From the IMG/VR virus record IMGVR_UViG_3300027836_000006: DNA of 64,000 nt; one strand, given 5' to 3'. The notes beneath the pieces are model-generated. The model was not told the origin of the DNA. It worked only from the letters and a program-made list of their open reading frames with translations, and did not search any database. Below, piece after piece: positions 9,621-18,986 of the stretch (position 1 is the stretch's first letter; every line of letters starts with the position of its first letter). A program made the translations under genes and the position numbers. The stretch is from a virus (Duplodnaviria > Heunggongvirae > Uroviricota > Caudoviricetes).

Positions 9621-9664
9621 AGAAATATTTATGTGCTACTATAACTATGGTAAATATTTCTATG
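9618..9664. promoter_or_regulatory. perfect 14-bp inverted repeat (19-nt spacer) spanning two divergent start codons; candidate operator
   Basis: catagaaatattta (9618-9631) is the exact reverse complement of taaatatttctatg (9651-9664). The left arm contains the CAT start of the minus gene and the right arm contains the ATG at 9662. Confidence 0.5.
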
Positions 9665-10519
9665 TTAAATACTCGCATTGCCACATCGTACACTACTGAA
9701 TGGTTACAAACAGATAGACCTAGTCCGTTGGACGACAATCAAATTGAGCAGTTAATACAAGATGTATTGTGTGGGAAGCTAGATAAGGATATTACTGATA
9801 ACGTTTATACTAGTTTTAAACAAGAGACAACGAATTGGATTTTTAACTCAAAATTAAATACCTTAACAGGGTTTGATAGTTTTAATCGTGTTGATATTAT
9901 AAACGGATGTACACAGTTTATAGATAATTTGTATATGCAAGGGCCTGTACAAGTATTGCGAGGCGATTACAGATACCATGAAAGATTAGAATTAGCGTAT
10001 GTAAAAGATGTGGGCTCGCTAATTCCAGACATTCCTTTAATTATAGCAATGCCGTTCCCTAGCATTGGTGCTCCACATCAGGATATGGAGGAGATTTTAC
10101 ATGAGTGTAAAATTAAAAACATTGCAGTACATATTGACGGTGCTTGGATTAGTTGTTGCCGTGACATTACTTTTGACTTTAGCCATGTGGCTATTAGATC
10201 CGTTGGCATCAGTCTTAGCAAAGGTCTTGGTCTCGGGTGGAACAGGATAGGATTACGTTGGACCAAAGATAGCAAGGCAGATTCGATTACAATAATGAAC
10301 GATTTCAAAATGAACAATCGTGCGCTGGCAATGATTGGATTGCATTTTATTCGTAACTTGCCAACGGACTACTTGTGGTTGACACACGGCGATAGATATT
10401 ATACAATATGTAAAGACTTCGGCTTGACTCCCACTAACAGTATATATTTGGCACTACAAAATGGACAGCCTGTTGGAGTCAGTCCACTGATAAGGTATTT
10501 GGAAAATGAATCAAGTTAG
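9647..10519 (+). CDS. PLP-dependent aminotransferase-fold protein (paralog of 8021..8938); the start may instead be the ATG at 9662
   Basis: SLSKGLGLGWNRIG and HIDGAW. The ATG at 9662 mirrors the divergent gene's start within the inverted repeat. Confidence 0.6.
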   Translation: MVNISMLNTRIATSYTTEWLQTDRPSPLDDNQIEQLIQDVLCGKLDKDITDNVYTSFKQETTNWIFNSKLNTLTGFDSFNRVDIINGCTQFIDNLYMQGPVQVLRGDYRYHERLELAYVKDVGSLIPDIPLIIAMPFPSIGAPHQDMEEILHECKIKNIAVHIDGAWISCCRDITFDFSHVAIRSVGISLSKGLGLGWNRIGLRWTKDSKADSITIMNDFKMNNRALAMIGLHFIRNLPTDYLWLTHGDRYYTICKDFGLTPTNSIYLALQNGQPVGVSPLIRYLENESS

Positions 10520-11225
10520 CATACCGTTTGATAAGACGTGGACAGATGTTGCTGTAAGTCTAAGCGGTGGCGCAGATAGTGCCTTACTAGCCTACATGGT
10601 GTGCGAGCTTGCTAAAGAACATAATGTCACAGTACACATTATTAATCATGTGCGTATGTGGAAAACACGCCCGTGGCAACAACATGATGCTGATCGAGTT
10701 TACAATTGGTTATTCCAGCGTTTCTATCATACAACATTTAGACGGCATACTAACTTCATTGCCCCAGACATAGAATACGGTAATATAGGACCCAATCTAA
10801 CTGATGAGTATGGCAAGAAGGTAAGTGGTGATAATATACAACAACGTGCCTATGCTGAATTTATTTGCCATAAACATAATGTAAGTGCTTATTTTAATGC
10901 AGTAACACGTAATCCTAGGCAAGCAATGTTTAACGGTATGCTTGAACGTGATTTAGAACCAACCGAAGAAAATAAACATTTAGAATACATGATTCATATG
11001 GGTCGTGTTGCCAGTCATCCTTTTCGATTCGTAGATAAATCGTGGGTACTAGCACAATATAAAAAATTAGAAATTATGGATTTGTTTGAGCTGACAAGAA
11101 GTTGTGAAGGCGAATTCAAAGAAATTAACTACGCAACATATACACCTGGTCAATACGTACCAGTATGCGGGGAATGTTTTTGGTGTAAAGAAAGAGATTG
11201 GGCTATAGCATGTCAAGACTCGTAA
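10506..11225 (+). CDS. PP-loop ATP pyrophosphatase, QueC-like
   Basis: SLSGGADSA matches the SGGxDS PP-loop. The C-terminal Cys cluster CGECFWC resembles the QueC zinc site. 239 aa. Confidence 0.6.
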   Translation: MNQVSIPFDKTWTDVAVSLSGGADSALLAYMVCELAKEHNVTVHIINHVRMWKTRPWQQHDADRVYNWLFQRFYHTTFRRHTNFIAPDIEYGNIGPNLTDEYGKKVSGDNIQQRAYAEFICHKHNVSAYFNAVTRNPRQAMFNGMLERDLEPTEENKHLEYMIHMGRVASHPFRFVDKSWVLAQYKKLEIMDLFELTRSCEGEFKEINYATYTPGQYVPVCGECFWCKERDWAIACQDS

Positions 11226-11839
11226 CGTTTGGATGTTCTTATACCTATGGCAAGGGATTAGAAGATTGCCAGGATTGGCCATTACTACATAAAAGTATGC
11301 ACAGTTCTAAGCCAAGTCAGTTAGGTTGGCCAAATCAACTAAGTGACAAGTTAGGTGTAGAGCTAGTGAACAAGTCTTACCCAGGATCAAGTAATTTAGA
11401 AATACTGTATGAGATACTACAATTTGATTTTAAACAAGATGATATAGTAGTTATAATGTGGTCTCACTACTTACGTGATATGCTGTTCACACGATTCTTC
11501 AAATGGATATTTTTAAGACGTAGGTTAGGTGCTTGGAAGAATACAGGTGTAGCAAAGAAATGGGTGGAGCAGATGAGTGAGCGAGATTACTCTATGCGTA
11601 CATGGATTTACCTACAACACGCTAGTCTATACTTAAACAGTAAAGGTATAAAATATATACACTACCCTGCGGCACCACACGAGTTACGTGAATACGAATT
11701 TCCAAGAATCCATGTAGACAATTTACACATGGATGGTATAGAATGGATTGACAATGCGTTAGATGGTAGTCATCCTGGACCGGCAACACATGCTAAATTA
11801 ACGGATAAGATTTTTAATATTTTAAATGAATCAAAGTAA
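11210..11839 (+). CDS. hypothetical protein, possibly an SGNH/GDSL-like hydrolase fold
   Basis: N-terminal TFGCSYTYG is GDS(L)-like but with Cys in place of Asp. Start moved to the ATG at 11210; the ORF track gives 11198. Confidence 0.35.
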   Translation: MSRLVTFGCSYTYGKGLEDCQDWPLLHKSMHSSKPSQLGWPNQLSDKLGVELVNKSYPGSSNLEILYEILQFDFKQDDIVVIMWSHYLRDMLFTRFFKWIFLRRRLGAWKNTGVAKKWVEQMSERDYSMRTWIYLQHASLYLNSKGIKYIHYPAAPHELREYEFPRIHVDNLHMDGIEWIDNALDGSHPGPATHAKLTDKIFNILNESK

Positions 11840-13073
11840 AACATTTTGTATGCATCCTTTTACAGGATTAGCAACTAGAGAAGACGGAGCAATTTGTGCT
11901 TGTTGTCGTAGCCACCCTGTTGGCAATATACAGTACCAGAGCTTAGAAGAGATTTGGAATAATAGTACAATGCGCCGCATACGGCGACAAGTGTTAAATG
12001 ACGAGCGTCCTAAAGAATGCGAACCTTGCTTTAGTTTAGAAGACCAGGGTGTTGAAAGTTTGCGTATGCGACATATAGCAGGCAAAATACCAGAAGCACG
12101 TATTAACTTGTATCCTAATACTCCATTACAAGAAGTAATGCCATTTGAGATTCCTACTATGGAACTTAAACTAAACAACTTGTGTAATCTAAAATGCCGG
12201 ATGTGCCATCCAATGGATAGTACTAGCTGGAATGACTGGAGTGAAGTTAAAGACTTTTACAAAGCAGAAGGCAACATCATGTATGCTATTGTGGAAGAAC
12301 ATAACTTAGAACAGAAGCCACACCTTGATAAGTTTCAAGACAATCCTGAATGGTGGGCTAGTTTAGAAAAACTACTTCCGTACTTTAGACGTGTAGAGTT
12401 TGCTGGCGGCGAACCTCTAATGGATCCACAGCACTATCGCATACTAGATATGCTTGCTCCTTACGGTGATCAAATTGAGATTAAGTACGCAACTAACTTA
12501 ACCACATTAGGTAAGAGTAATCGTACCATTTGGGAATATTGGCCTAAGTTTAAATCAGTAGCAGTCAATGTAAGCATTGACGGCATTTGGGCAAGTTATG
12601 ATTACATACGGGGTAACGGTAGCTTTATTGAAATCGTAAACAACATTAAACAGGTACAGACTATTACAAACATTAGTCGTATTGTTGGCGCGGTAACTGT
12701 ACAAGTTAGTAATGTGCTTATACTAGACAAGATGATAGAATATTTCTTAAATGATTTAGGAATTGTATTTCATACGCATCGTGTAGAATATCCTAAAGTA
12801 TTATCAGCACAAGTATTACCTGCTGAATTAAAACTATTGGCTATACAACGATTAGAAGCAGTAAAGTCCCGTATTCCAGAATTTAAGATGGTTAAAGAAC
12901 ATCCTGAGCTATATGGTTACACACTTGGGCAGATACAGGATAACATCAACTACTTGAGGGCAAGAGATCAAAGCGACAAGTGGACAGATTGTATAGAATT
13001 TAATCGACGTTTAGATAAAACTAGAGACCAAGACTTTGTACAAGTTACACCAGAATTTAAGGATTACGTATAA
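11826..13073 (+). CDS. radical SAM enzyme, family B, with an N-terminal Cys-rich extension
   Basis: CNLKCRMC (CxxxCxxC) and FAGGEPL. The N-terminus has FCMHPF...GAICACC...CEPC. Paralogs are at 15561 and 39183. Confidence 0.7.
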   Translation: MNQSKTFCMHPFTGLATREDGAICACCRSHPVGNIQYQSLEEIWNNSTMRRIRRQVLNDERPKECEPCFSLEDQGVESLRMRHIAGKIPEARINLYPNTPLQEVMPFEIPTMELKLNNLCNLKCRMCHPMDSTSWNDWSEVKDFYKAEGNIMYAIVEEHNLEQKPHLDKFQDNPEWWASLEKLLPYFRRVEFAGGEPLMDPQHYRILDMLAPYGDQIEIKYATNLTTLGKSNRTIWEYWPKFKSVAVNVSIDGIWASYDYIRGNGSFIEIVNNIKQVQTITNISRIVGAVTVQVSNVLILDKMIEYFLNDLGIVFHTHRVEYPKVLSAQVLPAELKLLAIQRLEAVKSRIPEFKMVKEHPELYGYTLGQIQDNINYLRARDQSDKWTDCIEFNRRLDKTRDQDFVQVTPEFKDYV

Positions 13074-13690
13074 TGGCAACAATGCATCTTACTACACCTC
13101 ATGCTGAGTTAACGTTTATTCACATAACTAAAACAGGCGGTACAAGTGTAACTCACTGGTTAGACGAACTGCCTAATATTACATCTTATAAAAAGTGGAA
13201 GCATCACGAAAGTTCTGAAATGCTAGTCCAGGACAATCACGTATCTCCTTTTATTTTTACAGTAGTACGAAATCCGTGGGATAGAGTTGTCAGCGGCTAT
13301 CATTACTTAACACAACGTAAAGGAATGTATTTTCCAAAGTCGCACGATTACTTTTGGGAAACTGTTGAGAAGTTAACAGGCAATACTGATTTATCATTTG
13401 ATGACTGGGTTAAGTATCTGCCTGAATTTAAAATGCATCCTAATGACTGGTCAAGTGCTGGCACACCACAGTCTGATTACATACGTCCTGGAATTGACCA
13501 CGTAGTTAAATTTGAAAGCATTGACAGCGACTTTGTAGTTGTACAAGAGCTATGTAATGACTTTCGCCCGTTGCCAAAAACTAACGAGTCGCAACGTGAT
13601 TTACATCACGGCTATTATTCCGATGCTAATAGAATGTTAGTTGCTAAGATGTTTGAAAAAGATATCGACTTGTGGAAGTACTCATTCTAA
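13073..13690 (+). CDS. sulfotransferase (Sulfotransfer_2-like)
   Basis: HITKTGGTS compared with IPKTGGTS. RNPWDRVVSGYHY compared with RdPveRlvSay. Confidence 0.55.
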   Translation: MATMHLTTPHAELTFIHITKTGGTSVTHWLDELPNITSYKKWKHHESSEMLVQDNHVSPFIFTVVRNPWDRVVSGYHYLTQRKGMYFPKSHDYFWETVEKLTGNTDLSFDDWVKYLPEFKMHPNDWSSAGTPQSDYIRPGIDHVVKFESIDSDFVVVQELCNDFRPLPKTNESQRDLHHGYYSDANRMLVAKMFEKDIDLWKYSF

Positions 13691-14580
13691 TGGAACACGT
13701 AACTAGCCGCTGGCCACATCAAGACAGTATTAAGATCGAATGGAATCTTGGTAAGCGTTGTAATTACGACTGTAGTTACTGCCCTAGTAGCATACATGAT
13801 AACTCTAGTCCACATACTGATATAGAAATTCTCAAAGCAACTGTGGACAAACTAATGACACTGGGCAAACCTATACGTTTAAGTTTTACAGGCGGAGAAC
13901 CTACAGTACATCCTAAGTTTCCAGAACTTATTAAGTATTGTAATCATGTTGGCATTAGTTGGATCAGTGTAACAACTAATGGAACATTACCTTACGAATT
14001 TTACGCTAGTCTAAATGTAGATCAATACGTCTTTAGTCTACATTTAGAATACAATTGGCAACGTGTTTACGATACTATGAGTAAAGTTGCCGACCGTACT
14101 AATTTTAGAATCGTAGCACAGATCATGTGCCATCATGATCATATGCCTGCGGCTTATACGTTATTTGCTAGATGCTTGACTGCTCATATTCCAGCTACAT
14201 TAAGACGAATACGTTGGACAGAAGGTGATCATGATTTGTTTGACGACATGCGGTATCACCCTGACGACTTAAACTGGATTAAGAAACAAGAAGCCACTGT
14301 TGAAGGAAATTGTGTTATAGATGGCAAGCAAATTATACATGCCAATGACGTCATTAAACTACATTTAAACAAGTTTAAAGATTGGTCTTGTAATGCCGGG
14401 ATTGAAAGTCTAATGATAAATTGGGATGGCGAAGTACATCGTGCTACTTGCCGTGTTGGCGGTAGCTTAGGTAACATATACTCAGGGGCACTTAGTATTA
14501 ACGTAGACCCTGTAATCTGTGATAGGAATTATTGTACGTGTGCCGCTGACATTCCTCTCACTAAGATTAAACTTGGTTAA
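13690..14580 (+). CDS. radical SAM enzyme, family C (SPASM/twitch-like C-terminus)
   Basis: CNYDCSYC, FTGGEP, and a C-terminal W.CNAG...C...C motif. Start placed at the ATG overlapping the upstream TAA (TAATG); the ORF track gives 13672. Confidence 0.7.
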   Translation: MEHVTSRWPHQDSIKIEWNLGKRCNYDCSYCPSSIHDNSSPHTDIEILKATVDKLMTLGKPIRLSFTGGEPTVHPKFPELIKYCNHVGISWISVTTNGTLPYEFYASLNVDQYVFSLHLEYNWQRVYDTMSKVADRTNFRIVAQIMCHHDHMPAAYTLFARCLTAHIPATLRRIRWTEGDHDLFDDMRYHPDDLNWIKKQEATVEGNCVIDGKQIIHANDVIKLHLNKFKDWSCNAGIESLMINWDGEVHRATCRVGGSLGNIYSGALSINVDPVICDRNYCTCAADIPLTKIKLG

Positions 14581-15564
14581 ATGTGTCTCAGGCATACACC
14601 AGCAAGCAGTATTAGGACATTTGGTTGACTTTAATGGCGGATTAAATTCTGTTGTAAAATTAGGACTTGTTATATTAAAGTAAGTGTCTAACCCAAATAG
14701 TTTAGCATTACAGGCTCCTGTAATGTTACCAGTCCAGTTCATATAAATTCTGTCTAAGCCAATAGCACAATCCCAGTCTTTAAAACTATTCCAACCACGA
14801 TTGAAGTACGCACCTGGAGATGCTCGCATAGTTGAGCCGTCTTCTAAAGTAGCAGTACTGTCAAAGAATCTAAGCTCGTCTTTAATCAAGTGTCTATTGC
14901 GCCAGAACCATAATAGGTTAGGCAAACGTTTTAAGTCACGTTTTAAATACTTTAACTGTTCTGGTGTGTAGCGAGGCACAGATGGATCGGCAGTATTATC
15001 AATAACTTCGGCAGTCATAATAAACCATCTGTTACGACTGTGCTTTTTCATTAGCTCGATGTCGCGTATTCCTTTGTCCCAATGATTAGGATCCATCAAT
15101 ACTTTAACAGTAGTCTTTGTGCCGCGTTCGTGTAATGCGTCGGCTACTGCTATAATGTGTGTTACATCACCTTGGGCAATATGATGTGTTAAATGTGCGT
15201 TGTCAATAAGATGAGCATTCTCTTCCCACCATCGTAAGGTTCTAGATCCATTCGATATCAAAGAAAAATATACGTTATTGTCTTGTTTTATTTTGGCAAT
15301 GAATTCTGCCAAGTGCCTCCATAAAGTCGGCTCTCCGCCAGCCATAGACAAATGTACTTTGTCCTTGCCTAACTTCTCTTTGTAAAAATTAATCAAATGT
15401 CGAAAATTTCCTACTACCAAATCTAAGTCATCGGAAAATTTATGTGTTCCTGCGTTGCTACCAGGAAAACAATATTCACATTTAAAATTACAATAGTTAC
15501 TAGGATCCCAACCTATCTCTAAAACGTTGGATGATTTGTTAGATACAATCTTAACTGGTTTCAT
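14482..15564 (-). CDS. radical SAM enzyme, family C
   Basis: CNFKCEYC, MAGGEP, and a C-terminal DWDCAIG...C...CWC motif. It overlaps the convergent paralog by 99 nt. Confidence 0.7.
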   Translation of the reverse strand: MKPVKIVSNKSSNVLEIGWDPSNYCNFKCEYCFPGSNAGTHKFSDDLDLVVGNFRHLINFYKEKLGKDKVHLSMAGGEPTLWRHLAEFIAKIKQDNNVYFSLISNGSRTLRWWEENAHLIDNAHLTHHIAQGDVTHIIAVADALHERGTKTTVKVLMDPNHWDKGIRDIELMKKHSRNRWFIMTAEVIDNTADPSVPRYTPEQLKYLKRDLKRLPNLLWFWRNRHLIKDELRFFDSTATLEDGSTMRASPGAYFNRGWNSFKDWDCAIGLDRIYMNWTGNITGACNAKLFGLDTYFNITSPNFTTEFNPPLKSTKCPNTACWCMPETHLTKFNLSERNVSGTRTIIPITDYRVYVNTKCP

Positions 15565-16982
15565 AGTAAATGGGCTAGCTCAGGAAATGTTTCTTTAAAG
15601 TCGGTGCCACGTTGTTTGTCCATAGTACTAATATATTCGCCAAAATCTGGCAACAAGTTAGTATGGTCTTCAGCGTCCATCCAATCTAATATACCCTCCC
15701 AACGCTTCCAACCGTATGGGTTAGTTACCCAGAACTCCCTGTCCTGCGTATAGTTAATCCACAACCAAGATTTAAGTTCTTCAAACAATTCACGTACATG
15801 TTGCTTGTCTTCTAGGGGGAGCACACGCAAACTTAACCAGGTAGGTATCCATAACAAGTGTACACCAATTAGGCCGCCACCCATTACTTGCCCACTGGCA
15901 TTTTTGTCAAAGTTAATCTTCTTAAAGCCTTGTTCAACCTTCCATTTAATAAATTCAGGAACGTGCTTAATGTTTAATATTTGTACAGCAAACGCAATAT
16001 TTGTTTGTATGTTGTCTGGAGCAGTATCTAGTATTTGTAAATTTTTAACAATAGTTTGCCATTCGCTTGGATAGCGTATGTAATGATTACGTTTACCCAT
16101 TCCATCTAAGCTAAACCCTACTTTGACTTTTTTGAATTGCTTCCATATATCTATAATAGCATCGTTAATTAACAAACCGTTTGTGTTATATCTTAATGTG
16201 ATATTGTTTGCGTAACCACGTTTAATAATTTCTTCTAAGAACATCTTATGCTCTTTAATTAATAAAGGCTCGCCACCGGCAAAGTATAATTGCTTAATGT
16301 TAGGAATCTGGTCAAATATTTCTTCCCAGAATTTTGGATTTTCATGCCAGTAATTATTAAAGTCGCTAGCAGTCCAATCCATTTGTTTTTTAATTAAAGG
16401 ACTTTGTATCAGTGGATAAATCTTTTTATGTTCAGGCACCCACATGCTAGAATCATGCGGGCTACACATGATACATTTTAAATTACATGTATGGCCTAAT
16501 CTTAGATCAAGGTACTGTAATTTGTAAGGTACAGATCCATCTTCTTCTGTTTCGCGAATAAGCTGTTCTATATCTATCTTTTCTTCTAAATGCCAAGTGC
16601 CGGTTTCCCAAATGCGCTTACTAGCAATACCTTCTTGCTCTTCTTTAAAACATTTAGTACATGACGCAGGAACTTCACCAGCTAACATAGTCTTACGTAC
16701 ACTGCGCATATAGTCATTATTAAATGCTTCTGTAGGCAGATCGTGGGCAAAATTAGCGGGTTTGCCATCTTCCATCTTAACAAGTCCAACAGTGTAGTCT
16801 CCACTATCAGCGCCGCTGGCATTAGCTACACAGCATATACGCATATCGCCGTTGGGCCGAGTTGCTAAGTGTATCCAAGGAAGTACACAAAAACTTTTGC
16901 TACCTGAGATACTTTCAATTTGTTTTTGCCAAGTACCTATTTGTGTTTCTTCTGGTTGTAACCAAAATACCTTTTGTGTCAT
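15561..16982 (-). CDS. radical SAM enzyme, family B
   Basis: CNLKCIMC and FAGGEPLL. N-terminal FCVLPWIHL...RICC...CTKC extension. Confidence 0.7.
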   Translation of the reverse strand: MTQKVFWLQPEETQIGTWQKQIESISGSKSFCVLPWIHLATRPNGDMRICCVANASGADSGDYTVGLVKMEDGKPANFAHDLPTEAFNNDYMRSVRKTMLAGEVPASCTKCFKEEQEGIASKRIWETGTWHLEEKIDIEQLIRETEEDGSVPYKLQYLDLRLGHTCNLKCIMCSPHDSSMWVPEHKKIYPLIQSPLIKKQMDWTASDFNNYWHENPKFWEEIFDQIPNIKQLYFAGGEPLLIKEHKMFLEEIIKRGYANNITLRYNTNGLLINDAIIDIWKQFKKVKVGFSLDGMGKRNHYIRYPSEWQTIVKNLQILDTAPDNIQTNIAFAVQILNIKHVPEFIKWKVEQGFKKINFDKNASGQVMGGGLIGVHLLWIPTWLSLRVLPLEDKQHVRELFEELKSWLWINYTQDREFWVTNPYGWKRWEGILDWMDAEDHTNLLPDFGEYISTMDKQRGTDFKETFPELAHLL

Positions 16983-17623
16983 AGTTGTTTCTTAATGTTG
17001 TCTATTAGTTGTTGGTCATCTGTAGGGATCCACGATAACACTTCGTCAATATTTTCTACCGCTTGCCAGCTAGTAGTTGGACCTAGCTCCATCAACGCTT
17101 CTGTGTTAGTCCAATCCCAGTTGTTGATTAATTTTCCGGCTCCTGACCAATCGCTGATCAAATCATCAAAATCTATTCTTATAACTCTTCCAAAATCAAA
17201 AGTATCTGCTTGCTCGTATACTGCTTTTTCCCAGCACTTATAATTCCAATAAGCTAACATAAACTGTTCTTTGTTAAATGCTAGATTTTTAATTACATAG
17301 TCTTTACCAGGATGTGATTTATTAGTGGTATTGTAGGAACCATTGCTCAATAGCCAAGCGGCAAAGTCCTTTCGGGATACTAGCAACAAACACCACTCGC
17401 TATGATCCTTGAGTTCTTCTTGTAGTTTCTTGACCTTAGTAGCATTAAAGAATGTAAACACACTATGGCTAGCATCATTAAACTGTTGCCATTCGTGTCT
17501 TTCGTAGATTCCTCTATCAATGCCTAAGGCAGTTGGAGAGTCCGCTTTAAGACTATTAAAAATACAATTGAACGTACTAGTACTAGCCGTTCTTCCAAGG
17601 GTAAACAAAATAAACTTATTCAT
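16979..17623 (-). CDS. sulfotransferase-like protein
   Basis: N-terminal FTLGRTASTSTF is PSB-loop-like. About 214 aa. It heads the minus-strand run sulfotransferase, family-B radical SAM, family-C radical SAM. Confidence 0.45.
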   Translation of the reverse strand: MNKFILFTLGRTASTSTFNCIFNSLKADSPTALGIDRGIYERHEWQQFNDASHSVFTFFNATKVKKLQEELKDHSEWCLLLVSRKDFAAWLLSNGSYNTTNKSHPGKDYVIKNLAFNKEQFMLAYWNYKCWEKAVYEQADTFDFGRVIRIDFDDLISDWSGAGKLINNWDWTNTEALMELGPTTSWQAVENIDEVLSWIPTDDQQLIDNIKKQL

Positions 17624-17662
17624 ATAATTAATTAGCCTTTAAACTGCACACTAAATATTTTT

Positions 17663-18178
17663 ATGACTATAAAATACTTGGGCAACTATCCAAATTGGGT
17701 GAATCCACATCATCTCAAAATCATTTTGGAAAGTGAAGGCGATAAACGTACTGCATATAAAACTGAGAAAGAGATAGAGAAACAAGAACAAGTATCTATA
17801 TGGTCGTCACTAGGGCATGAGCTTAAAGGCGCAGAATGGTTTATGTATTACTACGGGCACTTAGGTATGTCTGCTGTGACTGACTTACAAATACCAATAG
17901 ATATAGACGGGCCGTTTAACTGGTGGTACTCTAAAATAAATCCTGGATCAGTATTCCCATTACACGTAGATACGTTTGATGTAACTAGCAACAAGACACG
18001 CAGACTTTGGATCCCTATGCAAGATTATCAGCCTGGCCACATCTTTATATATGAAGGTAAAATGTTGGATGATTATCGTGCTGGAGATGTTTACGAGTTT
18101 GAAAATCCTAAGGCATGGCACGGTGCTGCCAACATTGGATTTGAACCAAAGATTAGTTTACAATTAGTAATTCGCTAA
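17663..18178 (+). CDS. hypothetical protein, cupin-like (LHVDT...WHGAAN)
   Basis: HxD...H spacing typical of a 2-His-1-carboxylate oxygenase. Confidence 0.35.
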   Translation: MTIKYLGNYPNWVNPHHLKIILESEGDKRTAYKTEKEIEKQEQVSIWSSLGHELKGAEWFMYYYGHLGMSAVTDLQIPIDIDGPFNWWYSKINPGSVFPLHVDTFDVTSNKTRRLWIPMQDYQPGHIFIYEGKMLDDYRAGDVYEFENPKAWHGAANIGFEPKISLQLVIR

Positions 18179-18943
18179 GTGAGCAATGCCAACACGTTGC
18201 CTAAACTCTTCGGTAAACTTTCCATCTATTCTAATACTAAAAGTTTGTACGTTTGAACATCCACCGTTGTGCCAGTCCTGGTCGTTGAAAAAGATAGCAT
18301 AAGATGTTGTTGTGACTTTAGTATCTGTTTCAGAATCCCATATATAGAAGTCCCTGTCTAATCGTGTGCGTAAGTGTATGAACTCGTGTCTGTGATCAAA
18401 ATAATCAGTTTCATTTGGATAAATTAAATCTCTATGTAAAGCAGTCTGCCCATCGTGTTCTGCTTTAAAGATAATTATTCTTCCTATATGATCAAATACT
18501 GTGCCTTGTAATTTTTCAATCCACTGTTTAAATTCAGGAAAATATTCAGCGTCAGGTGTCCATGCTTTTTCTTCGAAACGTGATTCCCAACCGCCTTCTT
18601 CAGTTTTAAGAAAAATAAACTGATACGGATCATAAGCGCCTAGTGTTAATTTTAAGAACAATACAAATTCATCACGATTATCCCATTCGCCAATTTCTTT
18701 TCCTAATCTTCTAATCTCGTGATCTTCTGGCAGGGCAAAGTATTCATCTACTGCTTGGAATGTTGGTTTAAAGTTAAGCTCGTAAGCATCGTTAAAGCCA
18801 CCTGGTCTAACAATGTTGCCTTCTTTCTTGTGTTTGGATCGTACAATACCCTTACAAATTTTGTAATGGAGATCTAGCAAGCCTTGTATATCAAGGTAAG
18901 GATCTAAATCAATGTAGGGTTGAGAATTTATTCCGCGGATCAT
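18164..18943 (-). CDS. hypothetical protein, cupin/hydroxylase-like (paralog of 7270..8037)
   Basis: ALHRD...DHRHEFIH. Shares its C-terminal block with the 7270 gene. Confidence 0.4.
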   Translation of the reverse strand: MIRGINSQPYIDLDPYLDIQGLLDLHYKICKGIVRSKHKKEGNIVRPGGFNDAYELNFKPTFQAVDEYFALPEDHEIRRLGKEIGEWDNRDEFVLFLKLTLGAYDPYQFIFLKTEEGGWESRFEEKAWTPDAEYFPEFKQWIEKLQGTVFDHIGRIIIFKAEHDGQTALHRDLIYPNETDYFDHRHEFIHLRTRLDRDFYIWDSETDTKVTTTSYAIFFNDQDWHNGGCSNVQTFSIRIDGKFTEEFRQRVGIAHLANY

Positions 18944-18986
18944 AATAAAGGCTAATTAAGTAATACTAGTAGTTATCAGAAATCAT

